DNA of 61,318 nucleotides, filler included, from Platydemus manokwari (lineage: Eukaryota): NCBI GenBank assembly GCA_037951405.1. It is 6 parts of 6 records of this genome, joined end to end, with 100 filler letters (N's around TTAATTAATTAA, not from the genome) between each part and the next. Parts side by side here need not be neighbours in the genome. Positions count along the whole stretch, not along the records: positions 17,969 to 30,250 come from JBBMOY010211117.1; positions 30,351 to 39,935 come from JBBMOY011228987.1; positions 40,036 to 50,383 come from JBBMOY011142215.1; 3 more parts are not named here. One strand, 5' to 3'. Shown here one piece after another: positions 27,995 through 41,741 of the stretch. The notes beneath the pieces are model-generated. The model searched no databases. It was given only the letters and a program-made list of their open reading frames with translations, and was not told the origin of the DNA. Position 1 is the stretch's first letter, and each line of letters opens with the position of its first letter. The translations under genes and the position numbers were made by a program.

Positions 27995-30250
27995 TATCCA
28001 TACATTAAAATATGGAATGTACATGGTTCTTTCTTTCGATTGATCCCCGAATCACAGTTCGCTAGTTCAATAATGCAATCAATTCAACATTTCATTCAAT
28101 TCTGTCTTCGTCATCCAGTTGATGTTGTCTTGGAAATCTTCTTCCTTTATTTATAAAGCTGTCTTTGTTGCCGTCCTGTTTCCTGTAAGAAACATCCATT
28201 GCAGATAGCTCGCATTTATATTCGACTTTATCCAGGCAAGAGCTATCTTATTTATCATTTTCTTGTTCATTCCTAATTTCTTTAGGACTGTATCGTTTGT
28301 GTTTGCCAAGTTCCGAAAACTTCAACAACAAAAGTGAGCAGTTCCACAGTCCAGTCGGGCAGCTATTTTTGATCGCATTTCGGAGGTCTGTGTATTTTCC
28401 ATATCCTTTTGAGATATTTCGGCCACTAAAGCAGGTTCGTCCAATGGCATTTTACATCGACTCGGATGATCGTGGATTTTTGATCATTTATTTGGTTTGC
28501 AGCAGGTGAAGACGTGTGTTTGCGATTCTACTACATGCCATTCCTCTCATGTACTTTTTATTCAGAGTGGGAAGGTTGTCTGTCCTTGCAATGGTTAGGT
28601 CCCCATTAAAAGCTACTTTTGACCACATTGGGCTAATCGCTTCTGAGTAGCTCCTATAGCGTCCATTTCTGATTTGATTAGTCCAGTTTAATTAGTGAAA
28701 TCGTACGAAACATTGTCTCAGCAATTTTGACATTTCTTTAATTTTCTTTGTTTCCACTATGGCACTCTTTTCGTAATGAGAACCTTTGATTGTAAGGCTT
28801 TGTTGAACTCGAAGCGTTATCTCACCGTTGACAATAGTGAAATAAATCGTGGTATATGTTTTCTTTGCGGCATATTTAATACTCCCTCTTATTTTATCCA
28901 CCATGTTTTGTTCCTTTCATTTGATGGAATATGTGAATTAATCCAATGCTTCTTCGATTGTCGCAGCTTGGTTATTCAATCCAGCACTTTTGCACAAGGA
29001 GTGTATAGCCGTCATCCTAAGCATTTCATGTTTGCTCTTTAATAGATAATACGCGTGGCTGATAGATTGTATTGTATAGTCCTCCGTCATGCTTTGTAGT
29101 CCACAATTACCTTTTGATTTTGTTGAATAGAAGTAATTCGATGAGCAAAATTTCGGTACCCAAGGATTTTTTCAGATATTTTCTTATCATCACGTCAAAC
29201 TGCAGTAATAATATATAAGTGACAAAGTAATTTCTCATGTAAAAGGTCAATTTGGTGTATTCGAAGAACGCAAAGGCCCTTAATTTCTGCCATGGTAATG
29301 AAATGCATTTTTCCAGTTTTTTCATCAGAGTTTACATATCGATGAACAGTTCTTCTGCTGAATTATGTAGCTTCAAAGAGAAGTTCACTCCTAGGTAGCG
29401 ATTGTGCTCTTCTAGACAGATTGTAAGAATTTTCTCATTGTGGATCAAGAGTTCTGCCATGTTAGTACTTGCTCTTTGATTATGTAAGTGCCCACATTTT
29501 GAGAGTTTGAACTTGAAACCAAGTTGGAACCCGAGTGCCAATGCTTCATTGATCATCATTTGGGGATCATTTTAGTTTTACGCAATAATTTCTATGCCAT
29601 GTGCATAGGCAAGGCATTAAATTGGATTATTTTCAATTATGAGGCCTCCAATAAGGCAGTTGTTCATTTGTACCAACATTGGATTGATGGCTATGTTGAA
29701 TAAAAGCATGGAGATCGGGCACCCTTGTCAGACTCCCCTATCAATTTTAATTGATTTCGTTTCATAATCTCCGAATTTAAGAGAAGTTTGGCAGTCTATG
29801 TAGAGACTTCTTATGATTCTGATGGCAGTTTCAGTCAGTCCCATATGCTCAAGGATTGTGAACATCACTTCAAGATTTAATGAAGGAAAGGCTTCTTCGA
29901 TGTCTAAGAATCGGATGTGAACATTATCGATATTTTTCTTGTTGTGTTCTTCTATATTAGCTCGAAGTAAAAGGTTGTGTTCTGCACATCCGTCATTTGA
30001 ACCTAAGCTCTTTTGGAGTATATGCATTAAGTTGTTTTCATCAATCCAATTTTTCATTTGCTTGTACAGAATAGTTGTGAAAATTTTATTGGTGCAGTCG
30101 AGCAGAACAACAGGGCGCTAAGAGTTGACTTGATGATAGTGACCTTCTTTCATGGGTTTTGGTATTATCAATGTTGTATATGTTTTCCATTCCTCTGGTA
30201 TTTCTTGGTTATCTAGACATTTTGTGAAAATCTTGTGTATGATTTTTGTC
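27995..30250 (-). mobile_element. Non-LTR retrotransposon of the RLE group (R2/NeSL/Utopia/HERO-like), degenerate, 5' end cut by the gap
   Basis: RT motifs QK...DGCAEHNLLL, FLDIEEAFPSL, RGV*QGCPISMLLFN, LAYAHG (cf. YADD), RYLGV. C-terminal VESQTHVFTCC (CCHC), RVDVKC (RLE), KY, FVVEVFGTW. 10-bp tandem taaacattga x2 (27966-27985) just past the 3' end. Confidence 0.9.
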
Positions 30251-30350
30251 NNNNNNNNNNNNNNNNNNNNNNNNNNNNNNNNNNNNNNNNNNNNTTAATT
30301 AATTAANNNNNNNNNNNNNNNNNNNNNNNNNNNNNNNNNNNNNNNNNNNN
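30251..30350. other. Artificial contig linker
   Basis: N44-TTAATTAATTAA-N44. Confidence 0.97.
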
Positions 30351-30492
30351 ACCTTAAATATTTATAACGATGCTTAATTATTTGAATCAGCAAAATTTTA
30401 AATATTTACAATAATAAAATATCAAATAATTTACAAAAATCCAAATAAAATTAATATAATTTTTATAAAGTATCAAAATAGCCAAAAGTATT

Positions 30493-33400
30493 AGTGAAAA
30501 CACCGTTTGAGAAGCACTTAATGTGGTCTTAAAGATTTCAAAATTCTGTTAGGACCTTCATAACGATCTCCGTTCTTTTTTATCTTGTGTGGTTCTTTCT
30601 TCACTAAAAGCTCTTTTCCAACCACGAAAATGCTACAACCTTAGGTTTGTGGCTACTGATTTTAGATGATTTTCCGTTTCTTAGATGATCTGATCAAGGT
30701 AGCTGGGTTCATTTAATCATAATCCAAACGTGTTAATTCATCGTCCAAATAAAATTTCAAAAGTAAAATGTTGAATTGAGATCTGATATGTCGCATTAAT
30801 GTTAAATTCTATCCGAGGCATTAATTTATCTCAAACCTGTTTCTATGATGCCAGCGTTGTTACTACCATGTCTCGGACTGTCCTAATCATACTTTCAGCT
30901 AAGCCTTTTGCTTGATGTTGGCATGGTGAGGTAAATTCTTGCTTTTTTATAAAATGTATCTCTAATTCCTTCATCTCCTTTACCTCGAAGACTCTATCCC
31001 AATCAGTGAGTATTGATTATGGAGCACCATACCTCTAAATCCAATAATCGATGATAGACTTGGAAATATTGATCTCGTCTTGTCAAATTAGTGGCACTAA
31101 GCTTACTAACTTATTGAATCTATCTACAATAACCAACAGATACTTGATTTTAGTCATAAATTCCCCAAAGTGCGCAACTTCAACAACGATCTACTCCAAA
31201 GAACTAAATTCTTCCCTTGGAATCATAACTTCTTTAGTCCACCCAGTTTATACCTTCCGCTTAGCACAAATATCACAATTCTATACTTCGTGTTCAATGC
31301 TTAGTGATATATTTGGCCAGAAGTAAATCTTTTGAATGTAGTCGACTAATTTCTCATTACTAATATGGCCCCACTTCTCATGAAGGTATCACGTTAGTTA
31401 CAGTGAATGGACCCCTGCCACACACATTCGCTTCTTTCCAATCTCATTATACACCACATTATTTTTAAATCATTCGTATTTCTAAAAAAGATTAAAATAT
31501 TTACTTTTTCTGATTACCGAATCGACTCCTCTTTCCGTTTTCTGTAACCATTTTAGAATGGAAACAACGATAGTATCTTCTTATTGAATCTTCCTTAGTT
31601 TGTCATTATTTGTCTGGATTGATTTTCAAATATGATGATTTAATCAACCTGAATACCTTGTCCAGTTTCTCATTGTGCTCTTCTACTGTTCTTCCATACA
31701 CTAAAATGTCGTCAAGACAAACAAGAAAGTCATTGTAAATCAAATCCTTGAATATCGAATTCATTCGGCTCTGAAACGTTTCTGGTGCGGTACATAATTC
31801 ATAAGGTAGTCTGTTAAAACAGTACTGTCTCGTTATAGTGCTCTCAGGTTCAACCTATGCTTGGCCTAAATCTATCGTTAAGAAAACTGTCGGGCCACAA
31901 ACCGAATCCAATGACGTTGGATATCGGTAACCGAAAAGTAAACTTCTCGACCAGTTGGTTTAATTTTCTGAAGTCTAAACGCATCCTGATTGATCCATCG
32001 TTCTTAGGAACCACGACCAAAGGAGAGTTCCATGGGCTCTTGCGAGGGGTTTGACATTACTTTCGAGAAGATTTTCTATTAATTCTTGAATTTTGGTTTC
32101 TAAATTTATTGGCTGCCTTCTGGAGTTTTGTGCAATAGGTTCTCTTTTTGTTCGGATTTCGTGATTTATCAAATCGAACCGAGCAGACATAAAAATTGAG
32201 CTATTTTCAATGAAATATCATTCTTATCAACAATACTCTTCAGTACTAATTCGATTCGGTGTTCGTCGCTGTATTTCTTCCCCACGTTCTTGGCATTACA
32301 TAGATTCTATTCCTGTGAAGAATATGCCACAGGTCTTCATCAACTCTTCCGAAAAATCCTGGTGCAATTTCTTTTATTATAATTATCTCCTTTTCCAGAA
32401 TTCTGTTGTTCCTTATTTTCCCTAGATACGATTTGTGTGTATTGCAAAATACACCTGCCAATAGAAAATCAATGAGCCAGAATCCAATAAAATTTCAATC
32501 TATGTACCGTTGAACTCAATTTTACTCCACTGTTTACCATTTGTTTTCTGATATATCTATAAGTGCTTCTTCTTCATCTTACCGTCTTTCTTATTTGCTT
32601 CTATTTTATCTCTAGATAATATGTGTCCCATTGATGCTAGTTTTTTCTCCTTCATGGAGAGTAAGCTAACACAATCATTTGCTTCAATTTTGGTTTGAAT
32701 ATCGGATTCATTAATGCATTGTATTTTCTTCGCACTATTGTAATTAGGTTTTCTGACTAAATCGCATTCTTCGAACGTATGCCTTTCTTTTCCACATAAT
32801 AAACATTTAGTCTGCAGTTGGCATAGATTCTTCCGGAGACCAAGCTTACCACAGCAAAAGGAAGCTTCTGGTTTTAAGTAATTACCACTCTACAATCGTT
32901 GTAGAATTTCGATGCAATAGCCTTCATCGATCTTATTGATCTTATATTGTTTGCATATTCCATGTGATTAACTGGTGCACGGTGATATTCCTTTACACCA
33001 AAATCTCTTTCCTGCACGATTTAGCTTGTAAGAAGTCTCATTCTGAAAGTTTTCTCGGGTCATTCAAAAATACCAACTGAGCATAAGCCATCTTGATGAC
33101 CATTATCGGTTTTGTTGGAGTTATCTTCTCCAAATTGACAGTCAACTCTCTTCTCCTGTCGTCGGAAATTGCAGGGCTAAGATTAAACGACTCTTTTCCT
33201 GCAGAATAAATAATCTTAAGATTTTTCAATAGTGTTTATTTTGTCAAACACCTCACTCACTAATTTCTTTACACGAAGTTCATAACTTCGGTATTTTTCA
33301 TGTGGTCTTTGACACATTGCTACAAAATCCTGAACCTTGTCGTATACTGTTTTGGTAATTGAGAAAGTTTCCAAAAACCATTTCTCAAACTCTTCATCTG

Positions 33401-33741
33401 AAATAGCTTTTTTGAAATTGCTGTATTCCTGCCACAGCTGTTTGGCGTCATCTCTCAATTCCATTTTATTAAATGTGACAATGTCATCTGGAACCATTTA
33501 TCACCATCTTGGATTAAATCATCGAAAAACCACGGTTTTGGAATCAATAACTCCTGAGGTTTTTTGGGCAGATTTACAAAAATACTCTGCCTCTCTTTTC
33601 TTTTGGCTGTAGTAAAAGCAATTATTTCGGTTTGGTCACCAGTAAAAACATTGTTTGTTTGCATCAAAATTTATTGTTATCAAGAATAACACGTGTTTTT
33701 CCAATTATTAAAACAAACCAATATCTAAGATTTATCGGACT
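30493..33741 (-). mobile_element. Ty3/gypsy element, short-LTR family copy 1 (gag, PR, RT, IN; RNase H deleted)
   Basis: 5' LTR 33741->33641 (AGT...ACT); gag ATG at 33664; PBS-like TGGTGACC at 33641->33634; two CCHC knuckles; protease LLDSGS; RT DFRKLN and CLDDILVYG; integrase; 3' LTR remnant ending ACT at 30493. TSD aatat/aatac (4/5). Confidence 0.92.
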
Positions 33742-35856
33742 ATATTTATAATCAAATATCAATTATAAAAAGATGATTATTTTGATTGGAATTCACATTT
33801 GGATTGGTTTTGGACTGGTTTAGAATTAATAAGAACAATTTAGTAACCATACTACAGTAAATAGCGTCAACATGGAATAACATCACTTGACCTCTGCCTA
33901 TTAAGAAGGCTTTTCTATGTTACAAATACAATATAGTTTTTCTAATACCATTTATTATTTAATCATTCACTAATATGATTTCCATTTATATTTATAAAAA
34001 TTTCCAAACGTATTTTTAGAATAAATTTGTAGAGTGTTATCAAATTTTTGGTTTTGAATAACTTATATAATGAAGACATTTGTTTTCTAAATGGTGGTGA
34101 TAAGCTCCAAACTTTTGTCAATATATTATGTTTATTCAACTTAAAATATAATTAATTCTCTCCATAAATTAGTCTATTATCAAATAAATCAAAAGACAAA
34201 GATTATTATAGAATAATCAGCTATTGAACAAAATATACAATAATTTACCGTAAATCAAAAAATATTAGAATTGGATTAATTTAGTAATCGGACAGTCTTT
34301 ACTTAGCTACAATACGGACATACACACGAAGATTTTAACTCAATCTAGTCTATGGATAAATTTCCAAAATATAGAATTATATTTTAGAAATATAGATTTT
34401 ATAATATATACTCAATACTCAAATTTAAGCTCGCACTCTAGAAGCCTTTCCTTGGTTATACAATATCCAATATCATCAAAAAAATTCATCCTATTTATTT
34501 TATTAAATTCTATAATTTTTAGTATATACTAGTTTAGACTTAAATTATCGACTATAAAACAAATAAATATTCGGGCCTAACAAAATCCGGCATTATCTAT
34601 TACAAAAACCATGGTCCATAAATTCCGTCACAAAATTCTGTCTAGTAAATGTTAATGTCAGTTTTGGAATTATATCGCAGAGAATTTCTATCTGATAAAT
34701 AAATCATAACATGCAAACTTTATTACTTTCATTAAATAAAAAATCGTAGAAATTTTCTACAAGTGACTTATCAGTACCTAAATAATGTGGTGGTCACTTT
34801 AGTTATTTTCACATTTAATACACAATTACTACCATCCTCGACTAAGTGATTCCATAATTCCATAATAGGGGTGAGAATATTGTTCCATGCCGATGACCAA
34901 GATACGAGTCACATAAGTGCTAAGTACAATATTAAAACATTTTAAAATATATACGATTCCTATTATTAGATACAAGAATTAAATTTATCACAAGGAAGAA
35001 AGCAAATTCATACTATTGCTTTGAAGATTGTCTGAAAATTGATTCAACAATTTTCACTAACCAAATTAACAAAAATAAAAATTCCACAATATTAATTTCA
35101 CGGAAATAAAATAAAAATAATGGGTTAACTGAAGAGTTAGTTATTTCAGATTTTTTCAAATTTTCTTCAAAAACTTCCAACTTTATTTATAACTATATTT
35201 CTACGTATCAGTGTGGCCATAGATACTTGTATATTTCAATGTAATTATTGTTTTTCTATGAATTGTGATTGTGCAGTAGCGTACATGTTTCGTTAAAAAT
35301 TGTAGTACATCCAGATGGTTTTTTCTCAACGAAATGTTTTCACTATTTTTGGGATAGGACCTGATATAGTATTTTTTGTGATAAAAGTATAAATTTTCAT
35401 AGATAAATATAGAATTATAGACCGGATATGGAAATTGTAATAAATTAAGAAAAAGTTAGGTTCTGTGTATTCCACATTTCTTTCCTAGTTTGTGGAACAA
35501 ATAAATCTGGGCCAAAATTTATGCAGGAATGCACATTCTATTACGATTATTTAGAGATCATATATAATAATTTCAACTTAACGTAAGTAAAACACACCAC
35601 GTTTTCATGTAGTGAATGAAGAAAACTTTATTAAAATTGGCTAGTCTAGTCTTAAAATAAGCAATCAAATGTAAAGATATCAAATAAATCCATAAAAATT
35701 AGTTTCTAATTATGATCTTTGAATGTTTCAATAGATTTTTCTACGTTTTTCATCCATGTTTTCACGAAAATCTTTGAAACAATATTCATTATATATTAAG
35801 AAAAATATAATAACATAATCAAATGATATTCTTTTAAACCATTTCTGTCTCTTTGA

Positions 35857-37936
35857 TCAACAACGGCGCCTGGAATTACGTGTTTTTTCCCATTTAATTG
35901 TTTCATTAACATATGCTGCCAATTCAGTTAGACGTGAAACAAAAGAAGTTGGACTCTCATTGTTACATGGATCAGGATATAAGAAGGGGTGCTCATCTGA
36001 AAAATTGACAACCGTAATAAGAAAAACTATTGATTGCAATTAATTTTTTGAAAATTATAAGTGATAATTAAAGAACTATTAAAGTGGCTATTTATTTCAA
36101 TTGAGCAAAAAAGATAAACAAAAACTATTTCGTTAAAAATGAGTTATATCATCATTGTTAATAATATAAATTAAAATAATTAATAAATTCGTTTTCAAAC
36201 CAGGCTAACATAATTTGTAAATTTTGTCTTTGATAGATGAAGCAAATGATTTCCAAAAATTAAACGTAATCTCTTCAGGATGAAATTGTTTACAAATATT
36301 TCCAAATCAACAAATGATAATAATATCCATCATTTTATTTGCCAAGTTTTTGTTTTTAACAATCATTATCAATCAATCGTGTTGGCAGAAATATTATCAT
36401 TTAAATTATCGATAATTAAATCCAAGAAGAATATATTTCTGACACAGATTAAAAATAATATGCTCCAAGAAGTTTATCTAATAAATTTAAAATTATATAT
36501 ATATGTGTGTGTGTGTGTCTGTCTCATATTATTTAATTTTCAAGATTTTAAAATTTCGGTTTTTAAACATTAATAAATATCAATGTTTATTGTCGAGTAA
36601 TACTTTACCCTTGCGGAACATATATACAAAAAAGTATTTGAGATATCATAAATGATATAGAAAGAATCGCAATCAATGGTTAAAGGTCTGTAGTAAGTTA
36701 TAATGACGATCAGTGGTCATTGAAGTGGTGATTGATACGATTCTATCCATAATCCAATCACGGAATGATAAATTTTAGGTTATATCCATTTCTGATGGGT
36801 GAAAAGGACTACGATGTAGGTGTATTGGTAAACTAAATTTATAAATTGGTTCGATAATCAAATCATTTTTACGAAAACAATTATAAATAAAAGGATAATT
36901 TGGTGAGAGAAATATCTAACTGTAAAGATGTAACATCAAATACACTGGTTCTCACGAGGTTATTGGAATCCCTTTCAACATAATAACTATTTTATTCCAA
37001 CAAACATGATTAGTTTTATATGTGGTAATATAGCAAACCAAATATTCACTAAACTTCATTTTAAACAGAAGTGAATTTAAGTCAAATCTGTAAATAAAAT
37101 TTTCTATTATATTCATAACTCGAAAAATAATGTCTGCTTAGCAGAAAGTTCGATGACAGATGTTTAATGTTGCGTATATGTAGACCATAACATAACTTGA
37201 TAATCAATTGCTTGCTTTTCTACTTTTTTATAACATATATGGGACCCCATGTTTAAGAAGGTTTTAATGGAAACTGATGAATATAGCGCTCTCAATATAT
37301 CAATGGTAATATTCAGTGTAAAATATTATTCAATTTCAAATCGACACAAGATGTGATACCTATTGCTGGAAGCATTCATTTATTAATCTATTATTTATAA
37401 TGGAAATAGAATTTCCATTAAAACGGAAATCATAAAATAAAATCATAATAAATCATAACTTGCTATAAAGATGAATTCGGAATTGTTTTGTCTGTTTAAT
37501 AAAGCTAGTTGAGTATTTTTTTGCGATGTTTCACCATTGGAAGTCGATTGAAAGTTCTTAACCTCATCATGACAGATAAAAGGCGGAGACGCAATCAGTT
37601 TCTGAGTGGAATGTGATGATTTTGTCATGACAGTTTGTGATCTGGTTGGACATGTTGCCGATTCCAAATTGGTTGTAAAGCGATCTTTGATTGGAATTAA
37701 AAAAGATGAATTGGATCTTTTGGGAATGATTTTTTCATTTGATATTGAAGCCTTTTTAAATTGATTTTTATTAGTATGAAGCTCAGATTGTGACAAAAGT
37801 GGGTGATTATTTGAAAGACCGGTTGACATTTTACTGCTTATATCAATGGGCTTAGGCTTACTGACTGGTAAATACTGAACGGAAGATAATGAGATTTCTT
37901 GAACAGCTTCGTTCTTTAAATTTGGATTTGATTTTT
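35857..37936 (-). CDS. Unidentified protein-coding gene (low-complexity S/T/N-rich exon plus a conserved-looking terminal exon); 5' end unresolved
   Basis: Open exon 37936->37460 (acceptor tttacag, donor gttatg, phase 1) is compatible with terminal exon 35996->35857 (acceptor tttcag) encoding EHPFLYPDPCNNESPTSFVSRLTELAAYVNETIKWEKTRNSRRRC*. Family not recognised. Confidence 0.5.
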
Positions 37937-39935
37937 CTGTAAATTGAATATAACTTTGTGTAATTTTAGATGAAACTCACATTTTTATCGATTATTTTAT
38001 AATTTCTATTAAATATGGTTTTGGCGATGAAATTATAATTTCTCAAAACATCATACATTGATTGCATCGTTAAGATTTATTGTAATTATCACAATAATAA
38101 AAAAAAATAATTCAATACTAGCTTTTCGTGGTAAGTTATACTGAATATAGCTTGACCATGTCATTAATTTAATAGACGATCGATATTCTAATTAAAATTT
38201 TCCTTTCAAAACTAATTATTAACCAAAGTCTTATTCTGTATTATAATTTATTAAGTATAGATACGAATAAAATTTGAAACCAAATCAAAGATTGTCTTGA
38301 AATATACAATGAAAACTTTTAAAATCATAAACTTCGGCGACTTATATTTGTTAATTTGTGCCTTGATCAATATTTCTATAATTCCAGAAATGTAATCTAT
38401 TAATCATGTTATGATGATTGCTTGTTTTGAAATTTTAAGTTTATGATTTTAGTTCTGTGCTCATAATTATCATTATCGTTATATATATTAGTGAAGTACC
38501 GATGGTCAGAAATAGGAATTGATTAATTAAAATTAATCTTATTATTTGAAAAATGTAGGTTTATTTTGTTATCTGTTATAAATAGAAATAAGCTAATAAC
38601 GATTGGTTTGATAAAATACGTTTATTGAAATTACTTATCGCCGTCAGCGTACTTTGTATCTCAAAATTTCAAGCATTACAGAAATGATGGAGGCAAAAAA
38701 TAAGATAGTTGATAATATAAAAAATTATTCCTATTTCTGTTTTCTTTTAATACTTTGCTTTAAAACCTGATTATATTCTTGGATACCAAGTAGTAAGTTG
38801 TAATTTTTAATTCTATTCTGCTCGGTTTTTAGCTCTAAACTATGATTAATGTAATTTATTTAAATCGAACCAATAAATCACGATACCAAATTATTTATTT
38901 AAAAACAATTATTTAAACAAATTAATATCTTTTGATTTAATTTTTTAAATTCTCACAGCTTATTCTTACCGATTTTATTTTTCCCACCATTTCAGAAATT
39001 ATATAAAAATTGACATTGAAATAAAACACTATCGTAGCGTGGGAAATATATATAACATAATCGATGCTTGGTCAATAGATTAATGAGTATATTAATCATT
39101 TTATGACTTATATTTAAATGGCTCTATAATAATTGTACATTTTTCTAAAAATTATATTCATTTCCATAAATTAAACGATCACATATTTATACCTGGAAAA
39201 AAAGAATTATTTCCTTCAAAATTACACTAAAAATCGTCTTGAACTTAAACAATTGATTCGATAAAACAAAATCAAATATTGAAAATAATTAATTGATCAA
39301 AACAAATAGTGGTCTAATCAATTATTAAATTATTATTTTGTCGAATCAGTAATTTGTAATGAGAAAATAGTGGATTGTAGCATTACAAATAATTATAAAT
39401 ATAAAACAATATTTTGGACTAATATTTTATCTTTATTAATTTCCAGTTAGAAATAAAATTAGGTAAGAAAGTAAAAGAAAATATAGAAACAAAATGAGTG
39501 TTAGTAGCAATGACTTCGCTTGGAATCGATGACTCAACAAAAGAAGTCATTATTACGATTTTCTAAACTTTTTATTTAATACCAACAAATCAAACAATTT
39601 TTAAACAAATTTAAATTCTTTTTAAAAATCTTTTCCTAGAGGGATTTAATTATCAATCTGAATCAGGTATAGATAAAAATGTTTAAATTATTTAATAATT
39701 ACTTTATATTGAATAATTTAATAAAATCTCAAAATACTATTTTTTTATTTTGAAACTTATTAAATTATTTTAAATTGTAATTAAAAAAAATATTATTTTA
39801 AATTATTATTAGTTAATTTAAATTTTCCTCACAATGAGTATGGCTTTCTTAATAAGAATAAAGTGATTATCTATCCTTATATAATGGAATATTTCAAATA
39901 TAAATATATCAAACATAGCATTGAATAAAATTATT

Positions 39936-40035
39936 NNNNNNNNNNNNNNNNNNNNNNNNNNNNNNNNNNNNNNNNNNNNTTAATTAATTAANNNNNNNNN
40001 NNNNNNNNNNNNNNNNNNNNNNNNNNNNNNNNNNN
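39936..40035. other. Artificial contig linker
   Basis: N44-TTAATTAATTAA-N44. Confidence 0.97.
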
Positions 40036-40780
40036 TCCACTAGAAAAATAGAGCTGGTTCGGTTATTGACTACCTGTAGGTCAACTCGCTGTTTTGATCC
40101 TGTGAATTGACAAAAACATCACTTTCGGTGTGATTGTTAATATAGTTTGATAGTAATTCCATGATGTTCTTATGTCGATTGAGAATAAAGGAGTTTGATA
40201 CGTTAGACTTTGTAAACACGTGGGTCTGAGATTCCACTTCGTAAAGGCACTTTTGGCATTGATATCCTTGCATAAATTTAACAAAAAACGTCACAAGCTC
40301 GATTTATCACATAATATAGCAAATTATCATACAAGAGACGGATTACAATGAATTGAAAACAGCCAAAAGAACAGAGAACAAATAAAATTCAACAATATAA
40401 CACATATTACCGAGCAAGCTCTTTTATAGACCTATTGTGTCTGATTGATGTCCTGGAAAATCGTTTTTCATTTGATGAATTCGTTCGTATATGCTAGTAG
40501 TTTTCCTTGCATCTTTTGTGCCATATATCTGAGTTTGCTGCCATTTATTTATTGATTTTTAAATTCTGAATATGAATCTATCTTAGAAAGAATCTGACAG
40601 GCCATTGGCAAGTGGGTTTAACGGATGTGCTTGTATCAATCCTATTAAAGGTTATTTACCTTTTCTTGCAAAAATATTGGCTGAATTTGTGATCAACCTA
40701 ACAACCAATTTAACTCGACGATTATTTCGCAATAAGATATGAATAGCATAGTGTAAAGATAAATTTTATGATTGAGAAAC
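40036..40780 (-). mobile_element. RLE LINE C-terminal fragment (related to the 27995-30250 element)
   Basis: ORF 40070-40294: CQKCLYEVESQTHVFTK...LNRHKNIMELL (CCHC + RH motif). Shares VESQTHVFT with the other copy. The upstream limit is approximate. Confidence 0.75.
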
Positions 40781-41741
40781 AAATTTAAAAGTATTGATTT
40801 TAATAACAAATTTGCCGGGGTTTTGAAAAATGAATTAAATTAGACCAAATTTTGTATGACGTTGTGAAACATTTTATGTAACAATTGTATTTTCCCGCAT
40901 GACGACACGTTAGACATGTAATAATTTTTACTTGAATATAATTAGTGTTTAGATAAAAGAGAATTTACCTAAGCGAATTTACCTAACACTAAAAACAAAG
41001 ACGAATCGAATTAACTTTCTAAGATTTACTTATTGCTGGCTATATGCAGTTAAAATTGATGTACAGATAAATATTAGACACACAAAAGGTGCAAAAATTG
41101 AGACAGGCAAAATAGAAGACAAGTTGTCAAAAAATTATTTAAAACTCAAACAGAATAGCTAGTGACCAAATAGACAAGTAGAGAGCTCTTCACCTGTCAA
41201 TGTTAGCAAATTTTCTGGTAAAAAGAATCTTAGTAGCTAACTTGTTGAATAATTGTATCTCTCGTTACATCAATATAGCGATTGATTTTGTATCTTATCC
41301 AACAGGTTAATTATCCATAAGGCATTAATCAAGAAATAAAGTAATAAATAAGAAACGAATGAAAAAAATTCTATGATTTCAAATAATCGGTCCTTCTTAT
41401 TCACTTTATATCATGAAATTTAAATTGAAGCAATATAATATTTATGAATTAATTTATTTACCATTTTAAGAATTATTAAAAATCCATCGAAATTTTCGAA
41501 GCAAATTATAAATAATCATTATAAGGTTATAATAAAACATTCAATAATTAACAACCCACTACGTCAATGCACATTACCCAAACATATAGATTCAGACAAT
41601 TTGAATTAAATATTAATTATCCCATTACAAATAGTAATTTCAAATTTTTAATCAAATGTTTAAAAAAGCATTAAATGTTATTAAAAATAATTCAACTTAT
41701 TTAAAATAATACTAAAGTAATCCATAAAAAATTTATTTCAT

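Noticed and set aside
28030-28070. Hammerhead-like CTGTGA...stem...GAAA in the LINE 3' UTR
   Set aside because: Lacks the CUGAnGA core and stems I/III; GAAA is not conserved in the second copy.
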